Part shown: piece by piece, positions 47,008 through 57,807 of the stretch
Numbering within the stretch: the stretch's first letter is position 1
How the letters are laid out: the number at the start of each line of letters is the position of its first letter
Assembly (NCBI GenBank): GCA_028282585.1
Contig: JANQHR010000117.1
Coordinates: forward strand, 10,277 to 74,276
Source: Bacteroidales bacterium
GTDB taxonomy: Bacteria > Bacteroidota > Bacteroidia > Bacteroidales > UBA12077
DNA: 64,000 bases
Direction: 5' to 3'
Notes under the pieces: generated by a model
What the model was told of the DNA's origin: nothing
Databases searched by the model: none
The model's input: only the letters and a program-made list of their open reading frames with translations
Made by a program: the position numbers and the translations under genes

Positions 47008-47775
47008 ATGTTTATAGATTTAAATTCAGATCTTGGAGAAAGTTTCGGTAATTATAAAATAGGTAATGATGCTGAAGTTATGCAATACATTACTTCAGCA
47101 AATATTGCGTGCGGTTTTCATGCAGGTGATCCTTTAATTATTGAAAAAACCATAAAATTAGCAATCGAAAATAATGTAGCTCCAGGTGCACATCCGGGAT
47201 ATCCTGATTTGATTGGGTTTGGAAGGCGATCCTTAACGTTAAGTGACGAGGAATTATCCGCAGTGATTAAATATCAGGTTGGAGCAGTAAAATCAATAAC
47301 TGAATCACTTGGAGTAAGACTACAACATGTTAAGTTTCATGGGGCAATGTATAACGATATGGCCTTTAATTTTGATCAGGCAAAAGTTGGAGCTGAGGCA
47401 ATTGCCAAAATCGATTCTGATTTGATCTTGGTTGGTCTTGCAGGCTCAAAAATGGTTGAAGCAGCCAAAGATACCGGACTAAAAACTGCAAATGAATTTT
47501 TTGCCGATCGTGCCTATAATGACGATGGATCTTTGGTATCCAGGTCAATTGAAGGTTCAGTAATCCATGATACGGAGGTCTGTTTAAACCGAATAGAAAA
47601 ACTGATAAAATCCGGTTCGGTTTTATCCATAAATAATAAGGAATTGGAAATAAAGGTTGATACAATTTGTGTACATGGCGATAATAAAAATGCAGCTAAC
47701 TTTGTGAAAAGCCTAAATGTGTTTTTAAAAAGAAAAGGGATAGAGTTAAGAAATCTTGAAAATCAGAATCTGTAA
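47008..47775 (+). CDS. pxpA: 5-oxoprolinase subunit A
   Basis: DLNSDLGESFG, ACGFHAGDP, ADRAY, TICVHGD. Confidence 0.93.
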   Translation: MFIDLNSDLGESFGNYKIGNDAEVMQYITSANIACGFHAGDPLIIEKTIKLAIENNVAPGAHPGYPDLIGFGRRSLTLSDEELSAVIKYQVGAVKSITESLGVRLQHVKFHGAMYNDMAFNFDQAKVGAEAIAKIDSDLILVGLAGSKMVEAAKDTGLKTANEFFADRAYNDDGSLVSRSIEGSVIHDTEVCLNRIEKLIKSGSVLSINNKELEIKVDTICVHGDNKNAANFVKSLNVFLKRKGIELRNLENQNL

Positions 47776-47778
47776 GAT

Positions 47779-48501
47779 ATGCTGAAATATCTTCCATTAG
47801 GTGATAAAGCTTTTCTCGTTAAAATTGGAAATGGTATTTCCCCTGAAACTCATATTAAAGTTCAGAATTTTTCAAAGCTTCTAGAGGAAAAAAAGTTAAA
47901 AGGAATTATTGAAGTAACTCCAGCATACAATGAGATATTGATTTCGTATGATCCTGGCGTTCTTAATTACAAAAAGCTAATATCAGAATTAAGGGAGTTG
48001 GAAAAAGAAAAAATTAATCTGTATGCGGAGCTTAAAAGAATTATACATATTCCAGTTTGTTATGAAGCAGAATATGCACCGGATCTGGAAATGGTAGCTT
48101 CCCTAAATGATATTTCAATTAATGAAGTAGTTAAAATTCATGCTTCCAACGAATACTTAGTTTATATGTTAGGGTTTACACCCGGATTTTGTTATCTCGG
48201 AGGTATGAATGAAAAAATTGCAACACCAAGAAAAGAAACTCCAAGAACCTCAATTGAAGCTGGATCCGTTGGTATTGCCGGAAAACAAACAGGTATTTAT
48301 CCAATTGACAGTCCAGGAGGGTGGCAGATAATTGGAAAGACACCATTAAAACTGTTTAATCCTAAAAGTGAACCCCATTTTTTCATAGAACCTGGTTGCT
48401 ATTTAAAGTTTTACAGAATATCAAAAATTGAGTTTGAATCTATTAAAATGCAGGTAGAACAGAATAGTTTTGCAATTAAAATAGAGGCTAAAAATGAATA
48501 A
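47779..48501 (+). CDS. pxpB: 5-oxoprolinase subunit B (KipI-like)
   Basis: PLGDKA, IPVCY, LGFTPGFCY, SPGGWQIIGKT. Confidence 0.93.
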   Translation: MLKYLPLGDKAFLVKIGNGISPETHIKVQNFSKLLEEKKLKGIIEVTPAYNEILISYDPGVLNYKKLISELRELEKEKINLYAELKRIIHIPVCYEAEYAPDLEMVASLNDISINEVVKIHASNEYLVYMLGFTPGFCYLGGMNEKIATPRKETPRTSIEAGSVGIAGKQTGIYPIDSPGGWQIIGKTPLKLFNPKSEPHFFIEPGCYLKFYRISKIEFESIKMQVEQNSFAIKIEAKNE

Positions 48502-49378
48502 AATCAGGATCATAAAACCAGGATTATTAAGCACAATTCAGGATGCAGGACGCTGGGGGTTTCAAAAATACGGAATGCCGGTATCAGGAGCTATGGACCT
48601 TTATTCATTAAAGCTGGCAAATGAACTGGTAGGAAATGATCCGAGCGAGGCTTGTATTGAAGCTACCATGAATGGACCATCTGTAGAATTTTTACATGAT
48701 TGTTATATCTCTGTATGCGGTGCTGATATGCAAGCAATTATAAATGGGAATAGTATTGAAATGTATAGAACAATTCTTGTTAATAAAGGAAGTAATTTAT
48801 CATTTAAAGGATTAAAAACAGGATTAAGATCTTATATTGCATTTGCAGGAGGGGTAAATGTTCCTTTGGTTATGGGAAGTAAATCAACCTATTTGAGAGG
48901 TAAAATTGGAGGATTTCATGGGCGAAAACTGCAAAAAGGAGATGAAATTGAAATTGGTACATATAACAAAAACCTGGACTTTAAAAAAATATTAAAAAAT
49001 AAAATTCCTGTTTTTAAAGACCATTTCGTGGCTCGTATAATTCCGGGCCCTGAAGCAAATTGTTTTACGGTTAAAGGATTAGCTGATTTTTTAAACTCGG
49101 AATATACACTAACTGAACAATGCGATAGAATGGGATATAGGCTTGCCGGAACAAAAATTGAACATAAGTTATCTGCTGACATTATCTCTTCCGGAATTGC
49201 TTTTGGAACCGTACAAGTTCCATCTCATGGAGAACCTATAATTATGATGGCAGACAGGCAAACAATTGGAGGTTATGCCAGAATTGGAAACATAATTTCA
49301 GAAGATTTACCTTATCTTGCTCAACTAAAACCAGGGGATAAAATTAGATTTAAGGAAATAAAATTGAATGAAATATAA
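48494..49378 (+). CDS. pxpC: 5-oxoprolinase subunit C (KipA-like)
   Basis: TIQDAGR, SGAMD, DRMGYRL, DRQTIGGY. Confidence 0.93.
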   Translation: MNKIRIIKPGLLSTIQDAGRWGFQKYGMPVSGAMDLYSLKLANELVGNDPSEACIEATMNGPSVEFLHDCYISVCGADMQAIINGNSIEMYRTILVNKGSNLSFKGLKTGLRSYIAFAGGVNVPLVMGSKSTYLRGKIGGFHGRKLQKGDEIEIGTYNKNLDFKKILKNKIPVFKDHFVARIIPGPEANCFTVKGLADFLNSEYTLTEQCDRMGYRLAGTKIEHKLSADIISSGIAFGTVQVPSHGEPIIMMADRQTIGGYARIGNIISEDLPYLAQLKPGDKIRFKEIKLNEI

Positions 49379-49379
49379 A

Positions 49380-51224
49380 CTAAAGAGGTAATGTAAAGAA
49401 GAATATACTTCCTTTATCTTCTTCACTTTCTACTCTGATGGAACCACCATTTTTTTCTACTAATTCTTTACATAAAATTAATCCAAGGCCTGTTCCTTTT
49501 TCCTTATCAGTTCCGTAAGTTGAGAACGCAGTTCCTATTTTAAACAGCTTGTCGATATGATCTTTAGGAATACCAACACCGTTATCTTTAATAGATATTT
49601 CAACAAACCGATTGTTATCTATGATATTAGAATTCATTTCTATCACACTATCCTGGTAAGAAAACTTAAGAGCGTTAGAAAGTAAGTTCCTTATAACAGT
49701 TTTAACAGAACTCTTATTTACTTCTAATTCAATATCGCCTACATTTGAGATTATCTTAATATTTTTTTCTTTTGCTTTTTCCTCGAGCAAAAATAAGGTG
49801 TTTTCAGCAATGTCTTTAAGGCTAATTTTTTCTAAATCAAATTCAAGAGTATTCATTTGGATTCTGGCCCATAATAATAAATCGTCTAAAAGGTTATTTG
49901 TTTTAGAAGACAAACCCATAAGGATATTGACATAATCCAGTTTTTCGTCATTTGAAATATCACTAAAGTTATCTTTTAAAAGTTTAAGTAGCTGAGAAAT
50001 GTTCCCGACAGGTCCTTTTAAATCGTGTGCTATTATGGAAAAAAATACATTTTTTGTAGCGTTAGCTTCAGATAATTCTTTTTCAGAATTAATTAATGCT
50101 GATTCTGTGTTTTTTCTATCCGTAATATCTTCTTTTACAGCAAGGTATTTAATTGTTCTTCCCCTTTCGTCTATAATGGGTGATATAGAGGCTAGCTCCC
50201 AGTAAAGAGTGCCATCTTTCTTTTTATTTAAGAATTCGCCCCTCCATGTTTCTCCCCGTACAATAGTTTCCCAAAGTTCACGGTAATCTTCGGATTTGGT
50301 ATGTTTAGATTTTAAAATATTAGGATTTTGTCCAAATGCTTCTTCAAGTGTATATCCTGTTACTTCGGTAAATTTAGGATTAACATATTCAATAATGCCG
50401 TCGGTATCAGTAATTATAATTGATGAAGGACTTTGTTTTACAGCGGTGTATAGTGATAAGATCTCTTCTTCAACTCTCTTCCTATCAGTTATATCTCTGA
50501 ATGCAACAACTCTTAGTTCCTTTCCCTCAATAAGCACATCTTTGGCTTCTATTTCTGCGATGAAGGAAGTATTATCCTTTCGCACTAATTTTAATTCATA
50601 AGGACCTGAAGTTTTATTAGTCATGTTCTCTAAAGCCAAATTTCTTGAGTCTGAATGTATAAATTCCAATACATTTTTTCCTTTAATGAAATCCAAACTA
50701 TAACCGGTTAATTTGTGTGCTGAAGGATTTATATCAATTACAATACCCTTATCATGAATTATAATACCTTCCATTGTAAGATCGGTTAAGATCTTATAAC
50801 GGGCTTGACTTTCTTTTAAAGCATCTTCGGCTTTTTTCTTTTCAGTAATGTCTTCTAATATTCCATCAAAATATATTACTTTACTGCTTTTATCCCGAAT
50901 AATTTTAACAGTATCCTCAACAATAATTCTTTTATTATTCTTTGTTTTAAGATGTATTATTTGCTTAGTAGCAGTTTTTTCCTTATCGGCAAGAATATCA
51001 ATTTCAGTATTTCTTTCTTTTCTGTTAAAATAGAAATCGTACACCGACATATTAAGTATTTCTTCTAATGTATATTCGAGCATTCTTGCTAAAGCAGAGT
51101 TAGCGTAAAGAATTCTTCCTTCTACTGTTGTACGGTATATTCCTACCTGAAGATGGTCGGTGAGTTGAATTACCAGGTCTCTTTCCTGATTTTCTTTATT
51201 TGTATTTATGAATTGACCGGACAT
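49380..51224 (-). CDS. Cytoplasmic sensor histidine kinase with three PAS domains
   Basis: PAS repeats ending EDIT/RDIT; IIAHDLKGP, NLLSNALKF, DNGVG, GTGLGL. Confidence 0.92.
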   Translation of the reverse strand: MSGQFINTNKENQERDLVIQLTDHLQVGIYRTTVEGRILYANSALARMLEYTLEEILNMSVYDFYFNRKERNTEIDILADKEKTATKQIIHLKTKNNKRIIVEDTVKIIRDKSSKVIYFDGILEDITEKKKAEDALKESQARYKILTDLTMEGIIIHDKGIVIDINPSAHKLTGYSLDFIKGKNVLEFIHSDSRNLALENMTNKTSGPYELKLVRKDNTSFIAEIEAKDVLIEGKELRVVAFRDITDRKRVEEEILSLYTAVKQSPSSIIITDTDGIIEYVNPKFTEVTGYTLEEAFGQNPNILKSKHTKSEDYRELWETIVRGETWRGEFLNKKKDGTLYWELASISPIIDERGRTIKYLAVKEDITDRKNTESALINSEKELSEANATKNVFFSIIAHDLKGPVGNISQLLKLLKDNFSDISNDEKLDYVNILMGLSSKTNNLLDDLLLWARIQMNTLEFDLEKISLKDIAENTLFLLEEKAKEKNIKIISNVGDIELEVNKSSVKTVIRNLLSNALKFSYQDSVIEMNSNIIDNNRFVEISIKDNGVGIPKDHIDKLFKIGTAFSTYGTDKEKGTGLGLILCKELVEKNGGSIRVESEEDKGSIFFFTLPL

Positions 51225-51349
51225 AAATTAAGCTCACAAATTTATGCGATTTTACGAGAAAAAAAAATAACGGTTTAGGTGTAGGTGTAAAAAAACTTAT
51301 TATTTATCAAAATTTAGCAATATATAGGATGGATTATAACATCTAATGA

Positions 51350-52672
51350 TTAAGGAAACCTTAAAATAAAACTTGATCCTTTATCTACTTCAGATTTAAC
51401 TTCTACCGTTATTCTGTGGTAATCACAAATTTTCTTGGATAATGCTAATCCTAGTCCATAACTATCTTTAGTTTCATTAGAATTTTTAAATCTTGAGAAT
51501 ATTTGAGGTATTTTTTCTTCTTTAATACCTACTCCTGTATCATTAATTTGCACGGTAAAATGATTGTTTTCATGTTCAGAAATTATTTCAATGTAACCTT
51601 TATCCGTATATCGAATGGCATTGTTTACAAAATTGTAGAAAAGTGTAAATAACAAATTATCATTTCCTTTAAAAATAAGATAGTTTGTTGTAAGATTCAT
51701 TTTTATATCTAACTCTTTGGCAATGGCTTTGTCTTCAATTTCTTCTACCACATTTTGTATAACTTTATTTACATTAACATCTTCTGTTAAAATATACTCT
51801 TCGTTTTCAATTCGCGACATCATTAGCAGGGTTCGAACAAGGTTAGTTAACCTTCGTAATGTTTTTTTTGATTCGAAAATCTTCAACATATCTTCTTCTG
51901 AAAGATTACTTTCATGTAGGATATTATCGAGTTTACTTTGAATTATACTTACAGGGGTAAGCAATTCGTGTGATACATTACTTATATATTCTCGTTCGTC
52001 ATTAAAAGCAGCTTCTATTTTATGCATTAATGAATGAATAGTCTCATCAAGATAAATAAAATCGGAAGTATTGGTATTTACCGGTTGATAATTGAAGGAA
52101 GTTGGATGTTTTGTGTATTTAAGTTTACTTACTATTTTTTCAAATGGTCGGAGTAAATATTGAATAAAAGATAAATCAAAGATAAACGTTAAAGTTACTA
52201 TGATAATTAAAAATATAAATGCGAATCGTTTAAGGTTTTGTTCAAAATGAAAAATAGTTGAAATACTTTTACCAATTTCAATTAAATAATTATTATCATT
52301 TTCTTCTATGGAATAACTTAATACGCGGTAATCAACTAGCTCTTCTTCAATAATTCTTTCCGAATATTGAATGATATTTATGATTGTATCTGCTCGGATC
52401 GGTTCAATTAAAATATATTCTTCCTTTAAGATGTTATAACTCCCAAAAGCTTGAAACTCAGCATCCATATCGATATATGTTTCAATTCCCAAACTATCAA
52501 CTAATTCAATTACCTGATCAAGCTTCCGAATTAGCATCTGATCGGTATCCTGGATTGATATACGGCTAACCAACCAAGGGATCAAAAAAACAAGTAGTGT
52601 GATAATTAATGCTTTAGAAAACGCATTAAACAGCGCTAACTGACTTTTTAGTTTTAGGTTTGGTATCTTCAT
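51350..52672 (-). CDS. Membrane sensor histidine kinase
   Basis: Two TM; VSHELLTP, NNAIRY, DTGVG, GLGL. Confidence 0.92.
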   Translation of the reverse strand: MKIPNLKLKSQLALFNAFSKALIITLLVFLIPWLVSRISIQDTDQMLIRKLDQVIELVDSLGIETYIDMDAEFQAFGSYNILKEEYILIEPIRADTIINIIQYSERIIEEELVDYRVLSYSIEENDNNYLIEIGKSISTIFHFEQNLKRFAFIFLIIIVTLTFIFDLSFIQYLLRPFEKIVSKLKYTKHPTSFNYQPVNTNTSDFIYLDETIHSLMHKIEAAFNDEREYISNVSHELLTPVSIIQSKLDNILHESNLSEEDMLKIFESKKTLRRLTNLVRTLLMMSRIENEEYILTEDVNVNKVIQNVVEEIEDKAIAKELDIKMNLTTNYLIFKGNDNLLFTLFYNFVNNAIRYTDKGYIEIISEHENNHFTVQINDTGVGIKEEKIPQIFSRFKNSNETKDSYGLGLALSKKICDYHRITVEVKSEVDKGSSFILRFP

Positions 52673-53346
52673 TAAAATTCAAATTTATATCCTATGCCGC
52701 GAATAGTTTTTATCCAATTGGTATTATCAAACTCAGCAAGTTTTTTTCGAACATTTTTAATATGAACATCAATATAATTCGAATCATAATCATCTTCATA
52801 AAACTCTCCCCATATATGTTCCGTCAGTTGTAATCGATCCAGCACACGGTTTTTATTAAGAACCAAATAGCTGAGTAGTTTATATTCTTTTTTTGTTAAA
52901 GTAATGGATTTATCTTTAAACTGGAAATGTTTTTTACTTGTATCCATAGAGAAATTGCCGAATTTGATAATTGATTCCTGATGCCCAAACTTTCTTCTTG
53001 TTATGGCTTGGATTCGCGACAAAAGCTCTAATAACGAAAATGGTTTAGGTAAATAATCATCAGCACCCAGATCAAAGCCTTTTATTTTATCTTCTAATTC
53101 TCCACGTGCAGTTATAACAATAAAATATGCCTCGGAATTATATTTTTTTGCTTCTTTAATTAGGTCTAAACCATTATAATCAGGTAATCCAATATCAAGT
53201 AAAATAAAATCATAAGGATTTATGGATATAAGCTCTGAAGCTTCTTCACCGGTATGAACCAAATCAATATTGTAATCTTCTTTTACAAGAAACTGTTTTA
53301 TTTCCGCAGCTAAACTTTTTTCATCTTCTACAATTAATATTCTCAT
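52672..53346 (-). CDS. OmpR-family response regulator
   Basis: IVEDE, LLDIGLP, GADDYLPKPF, TIRGIGY. Confidence 0.95.
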   Translation of the reverse strand: MRILIVEDEKSLAAEIKQFLVKEDYNIDLVHTGEEASELISINPYDFILLDIGLPDYNGLDLIKEAKKYNSEAYFIVITARGELEDKIKGFDLGADDYLPKPFSLLELLSRIQAITRRKFGHQESIIKFGNFSMDTSKKHFQFKDKSITLTKKEYKLLSYLVLNKNRVLDRLQLTEHIWGEFYEDDYDSNYIDVHIKNVRKKLAEFDNTNWIKTIRGIGYKFEF

Positions 53347-53357
53347 ATTACTTCGTA

Positions 53358-54311
53358 TTAGAAAATAAATGATAAAGAGATTATATAACCTGTTTGATCT
53401 TTCATGCCAAATACTTCTAGCTTTTCAGATGGAATATAATACATCCATGAAAATGTTGCTGAAACACTTCCGATTCCAAAGGTAACAGGTACAAGAAAAT
53501 CAACTCCCTGATAAGAAAAAGTATTTGTTGAAACATCTTGGTTTTCAAGATACCTTTTAATAACTTCTTCTGAAGAAATGTTAATGGTTTGGTAACCTCT
53601 AAACCTTAAATAAGGAATTAGCACATTATCGATGTATGGTTCGTATATATCGTAAAAGTAATGGTCGGTTCCAAAATTAAATGATACAGAAGGCATTATG
53701 TACAGGTAGTCATTCTCAAAAAAAAGATCTTCAAAATCAATATTTACTGTCGAGCCGGCGTCTACAAAATAATTTTCATTATCTAGTAGAAAAAAACCAT
53801 CACTATGTAAATAAAGCATTTTATAAGTAAGTCCGGTTGAAAGGTTTAAAGCATGATTATAATCTAATCCTTCATAATTATATTCACCTTTATAATAATG
53901 ATAAATGTAACTTACATCAACATCCAATAAATCTTCAAAGAAGCTTTTTTGATATCCAAATAAAAAGTCAAGGTCATAACTTAAAGTATCGGTATCTGAG
54001 TAATTAGTTAACATTAATCCTGTTTGGAATCCTGACTTGTGTAAAAAAGAAAAATCTGTTATATAAGCCGGAATGATAATATCAGAACTTCTACCTTTAG
54101 TTTTTATTTTATTATTGGTATAGTTAAAATCCATCATAAAAAAATTGAACTCAACATCAGAATAATCAGTTGTATCTGTTGTCGAAGTAGAATCAGCCTC
54201 CATGGTTTGTCCGAAGCTGTATGTATTGGTTGTTAATAAATAGAGTAATATTAGGTTAAATAATCTCAAATAAAATCTTCCACCGAGATTTTTGTCGGTT
54301 ATTTGAATCAT
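53358..54311 (-). CDS. Putative outer-membrane beta-barrel protein
   Basis: Signal-like N-terminus, Tyr/Phe-rich alternating strands, C-terminal ISLSFIF. Confidence 0.6.
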   Translation of the reverse strand: MIQITDKNLGGRFYLRLFNLILLYLLTTNTYSFGQTMEADSTSTTDTTDYSDVEFNFFMMDFNYTNNKIKTKGRSSDIIIPAYITDFSFLHKSGFQTGLMLTNYSDTDTLSYDLDFLFGYQKSFFEDLLDVDVSYIYHYYKGEYNYEGLDYNHALNLSTGLTYKMLYLHSDGFFLLDNENYFVDAGSTVNIDFEDLFFENDYLYIMPSVSFNFGTDHYFYDIYEPYIDNVLIPYLRFRGYQTINISSEEVIKRYLENQDVSTNTFSYQGVDFLVPVTFGIGSVSATFSWMYYIPSEKLEVFGMKDQTGYIISLSFIF

Positions 54312-54321
54312 ATAAAGTTGA

Positions 54322-54570
54322 TCATCTGTTACGCTTTCTCCTTATAGCCTTTGTTTTGCGAACAACTTGTTTTTTCTTTTTATTTTGTATTTGTGCATTT
54401 TTAATCTGTGCTTTTTTAATTTGAGCTTTCTTTTGTGCTGCTCTGGGCACAGTTTTTACCGTTTCTTTATTTGGCGGATCAGTAGTCTTTTTTTCTACTG
54501 TCTTTGGTTTCTGCGCAAAAGAAACTAATACAACAAAAACAAAAACAAACACGATCGCAATTCTTTTCAT
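54322..54570 (-). CDS. Small secreted Lys-rich protein with KKAQI repeats
   Basis: Signal ending SFA-Q; KKAQI-KKAQI-KNAQI (15-bp units 54388-54432); AGGAGG upstream. Confidence 0.65.
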   Translation of the reverse strand: MKRIAIVFVFVFVVLVSFAQKPKTVEKKTTDPPNKETVKTVPRAAQKKAQIKKAQIKNAQIQNKKKKQVVRKTKAIRRKRNR

Positions 54571-54643
54571 AAATCCTCCTATGTTTTCGTTGTTAAAATT
54601 AAATAATTATTCAGAATATATAAAGTGCTAATTTATATTAATG

Positions 54644-54889
54644 CTATTCAGAGAGTTTTATTACCTTAGAAAAAGCCTTAATACCATTGTTTTCGTAACT
54701 AATATTAAGTTTTACCGAGAATACGGAAGCTTCATAATAATCGCCGAACTGATGAATTAATTTACCATCATCACGAATAACAGCGAATGGTTTATTAATA
54801 TCAAAAAAAGTTTGGTTATTTGAATCGATTGTTGTGTATTTTTCGTTCATTTTTCCTGATATTAAGTTATAAATTTTTGATTTAAACAT
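54644..54889 (-). CDS. Hypothetical protein
   Basis: 81 aa ORF co-oriented with neighbours; no motif recognised. Confidence 0.4.
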   Translation of the reverse strand: MFKSKIYNLISGKMNEKYTTIDSNNQTFFDINKPFAVIRDDGKLIHQFGDYYEASVFSVKLNISYENNGIKAFSKVIKLSE

Positions 54890-54903
54890 GACCCTAAAAG
54901 TTT

Positions 54904-54938
54904 AAAATGATCCCGAGCGTAAAATATCCCCGGGATCA
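54904..54938 (-). terminator. Probable terminator after the lipoprotein gene
   Basis: TGATCCCG / CGGGATCA 8-bp stem with TTTT on the minus strand. Confidence 0.5.
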
Positions 54939-54953
54939 AACAATTACTAACCA

Positions 54954-55859
54954 TTACCAGCCAAAACGGCGTTTTCTTTTAATTTCAATGGTTTCTGTAA
55001 CACCATCGCGAGTGATTTCTGCAAGATTATCGCAAGTTCCATCACCATAATCGATGATTATTTCTTCACCATCAATCATGATAGCTCTTGTTCCGGATAC
55101 AAAGTATCTGTAGCATCCGTCTGCATGATTCTTTACTAATGGAGACGTTATTTCACTTGTAATTTCTGTTCCATCAGCTAAAGTAGCATTTGAAGTACCG
55201 GTTACTTCTATAACATCATCATATTTATATCTTGTGTCGGAACCTTCAATTACTTCACGAACACGCTCTCTTTGCCAAGTTATTGTACCTGCATCTTCAG
55301 CCAAAATTATAGAGCCATCAGCAATAACTTCACTTATACGATTATCTTCTTCATTGATATAACGATAAACCGTTCTTGTACCTAATAGTTGGTTATCATC
55401 AACAAAGTAGTTATCAAAAGTATATATGATTTCAGTTTCCCCTTCACCCCAATAATATCCATAATGATTAATTAATATTTTTCCTCTACGGTAACGTCCA
55501 TCATTGGATAAGCAGTTTTCTTCACCAAAATCGATGGTTATTTCAACAGTATCTTCTTTGTAAATTTTGGTTACGGTAGCGCACGGACTTAATCGATGAT
55601 ATCTGTTCATTCCATCAGATTTATTTGCAGATTTAGTTGAAAGGCCTTCTAAATAATCAACAGCTTCATCACCTAAATCTTCAACTTCGTCGAATAATTC
55701 AGAAGCATATGATTCATTGATTATATCAGCGTTTTCATCTTCTATTGTGAGATTTTCTGTTTCCTCGCAGGAAACCAGGATCAAACCAACCATTGTCAAA
55801 GTTATTAGAGCAATGGATCTATAAAATTTCGTTTTTTGGTTAAATAATTTTGTTTTCAT
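54954..55859 (-). CDS. Lipoprotein of unknown function
   Basis: LILVSC lipobox; IDFGEENC..DGRYRRGKI; IDYGDGTCDN. Confidence 0.75.
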   Translation of the reverse strand: MKTKLFNQKTKFYRSIALITLTMVGLILVSCEETENLTIEDENADIINESYASELFDEVEDLGDEAVDYLEGLSTKSANKSDGMNRYHRLSPCATVTKIYKEDTVEITIDFGEENCLSNDGRYRRGKILINHYGYYWGEGETEIIYTFDNYFVDDNQLLGTRTVYRYINEEDNRISEVIADGSIILAEDAGTITWQRERVREVIEGSDTRYKYDDVIEVTGTSNATLADGTEITSEITSPLVKNHADGCYRYFVSGTRAIMIDGEEIIIDYGDGTCDNLAEITRDGVTETIEIKRKRRFGW

Positions 55860-56150
55860 GGTTGTCAGTTTTTGTCTGCTTTAGGCAGACAGGTTTGTAA
55901 TAATTTTTTATTTAATATCTGATCAGTTTTAATTTTGAATGCGGCTAAATCTTTGCCTCATTTTCTGAAATCAAAACTAAAGCGGCAACATGAAGTGAAA
56001 ATGAAGAAATCTTTTACCAGCTTAATAAAATCATAACTAGGAATTATTATGTAAAATATTATTTTTAGGGTTTATTCAGTTTTTCTTTATTAATGAAACC
56101 AATTCACCTAAATTATCGTTTGGAAAATAAATTTACTTAAAAGAATATCT

Positions 56151-56558
56151 ATGGCATTAATTAAATGGACCGAAAAATTAAGTGTTAATATTGATTCAAT
56201 TGATGAGCAACACAAAGTATTAATTAACATGATTAATGAATTTTATGAAAAGATTAATGAAAAATCAAATAATGAATTAATTTCTAATCTAATAACTAAA
56301 ATGAAAGATTATACACTACTTCATTTTAGTATGGAAGAGAAACTATTTAAGCAATATAATTATGCTGATTTTGAACAACATAAAAAGCAACATGATGGGT
56401 TTGTAAAGAAAGTATCAGATTTAGAGGGGAGGTTCAAAAAAGGAGAAATCATACTTTCATTTGAGATCACAAGATTTTTAAAAGATTGGCTAATGGATCA
56501 TATTCAAGGTACGGATAAAAAATATACAAAATTCTTTATCGAGAAAGGAATAACTTAA
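56151..56558 (+). CDS. Bacteriohemerythrin
   Basis: IDEQH, HFSMEE, HKKQH, WLMDHIQGTD di-iron ligands. Confidence 0.93.
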   Translation: MALIKWTEKLSVNIDSIDEQHKVLINMINEFYEKINEKSNNELISNLITKMKDYTLLHFSMEEKLFKQYNYADFEQHKKQHDGFVKKVSDLEGRFKKGEIILSFEITRFLKDWLMDHIQGTDKKYTKFFIEKGIT

Positions 56559-56634
56559 TTAACCGAAACCAATTTTATATGGGTTTTAGTTGGGAAGTAA
56601 ATGATTTTTTTACGTTTTAATTGTTTAAATTTGG

Positions 56635-57018
56635 ATGTTAATAAAGGTCATTACTATGAAAAAAATATTTATAATTTTTTTAACGCTATCGTATTTTGGA
56701 TTTAACTCATGTGTCTCTAATACTAAGAATGAAGAGAAAACTCGAACAGAAAAGAGTTCTGAAAAGAAAATATGTGATGAGTTTATTGCAGAATATGAAG
56801 ATATAATGAACGAATATCTCAATGTAATTGATGAATATTTCAATAATCCTTCAGATGAAACTATAGTTGCTCGCTACATGGAATTAATGCAAGAAGCACT
56901 TGAGTTAAGTGAAAAATGGGAGCAGTTGGTTGAATGCGCTGATGATAAAGAATTTAAAGATAAATTTGAAGCCATCTCTGATCAGGTAGAAAATAAATTG
57001 CTAGAATTAGGGTTATAA
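56635..57018 (+). CDS. Acidic helical lipoprotein of unknown function
   Basis: MKKIFIIFLTLSYFGFNSC lipobox-like; true start probably the second Met. Confidence 0.65.
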   Translation: MLIKVITMKKIFIIFLTLSYFGFNSCVSNTKNEEKTRTEKSSEKKICDEFIAEYEDIMNEYLNVIDEYFNNPSDETIVARYMELMQEALELSEKWEQLVECADDKEFKDKFEAISDQVENKLLELGL

Positions 57019-57393
57019 TTCCTCAAGTTTCATATATTTTTTTATTAACCCAAATAATTTTTCTTCTTCAACAGGTTTAGATAAGAAATCAGTAAATCCT
57101 GATTCAATAATTATTTTTTGTTCAGGTATCATGGCAAATGCAGTTTGTGCAATTATTGGGACATTTTTATTGAATTCCCTTATTTGTTTAGTCGCTTCAT
57201 AACCATTTAATACTGGCATTCTTATGTCCATTAAAATCAAATTTATATGTGGATTTTCTTTAACAATATCTACCGCAATTTTACCATTTTTAGCATGTAA
57301 TAAGTCTAATTGAAGTTCTTCTAAACGTGCTTTGTAAAGTTCAAAACTTATAAAATCGTCTTCGGCAATCAACATTGTGAATGGTTTACTCAT
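57013..57393 (-). CDS. Single-domain response regulator (receiver)
   Basis: IAEDD, LMDIRMP, AQTA, SKP. Confidence 0.92.
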   Translation of the reverse strand: MSKPFTMLIAEDDFISFELYKARLEELQLDLLHAKNGKIAVDIVKENPHINLILMDIRMPVLNGYEATKQIREFNKNVPIIAQTAFAMIPEQKIIIESGFTDFLSKPVEEEKLFGLIKKYMKLEEL

Positions 57394-57415
57394 AATTATT
57401 TGCTTATATTTTATT

Positions 57416-57784
57416 CTAACTTTTGTATTTTTTTATTATATCATTTAATACTTTATCGTCTAACGGTTTTGCAAAAAAATCTGTAAAACCCATTTCCAAT
57501 ACTTGTTTTTGTTCAGGTATTGCAGCAAATGCCGTTTGTGCTATAATGGGAACCTTTTTATTAAATTCCCTTATTTGTTTGGTTGCTTCATATCCGTTTA
57601 ATACGGGCATTCGAATATCCATTAAAATTAAATCAATCTCAGGGTTTTCAACTGCCTTCTCTACAGCTATTTTTCCGTTTATAGCATGTATAATATTTAC
57701 ATCCTGATTTTGTAATCGGGTTTTATAAAGTTCAAAACTTATTATATCATCTTCAGCAATAAGTGTTGTGAATTTTTTATTCAT
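57416..57784 (-). CDS. Single-domain response regulator (receiver), tandem paralog
   Basis: IAEDD, LMDIRMP, AQTA, AKP. Confidence 0.92.
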   Translation of the reverse strand: MNKKFTTLIAEDDIISFELYKTRLQNQDVNIIHAINGKIAVEKAVENPEIDLILMDIRMPVLNGYEATKQIREFNKKVPIIAQTAFAAIPEQKQVLEMGFTDFFAKPLDDKVLNDIIKKYKS

Positions 57785-57807
57785 TATAGTTTTTAATTTA
57801 AAGAGAA

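Noticed and set aside
55873-55891. TGTCTGC/GCAGACA hairpin upstream of the lipoprotein as a REP element
   Set aside because: Single short copy in the window; cannot be told apart from a chance or local regulatory hairpin.
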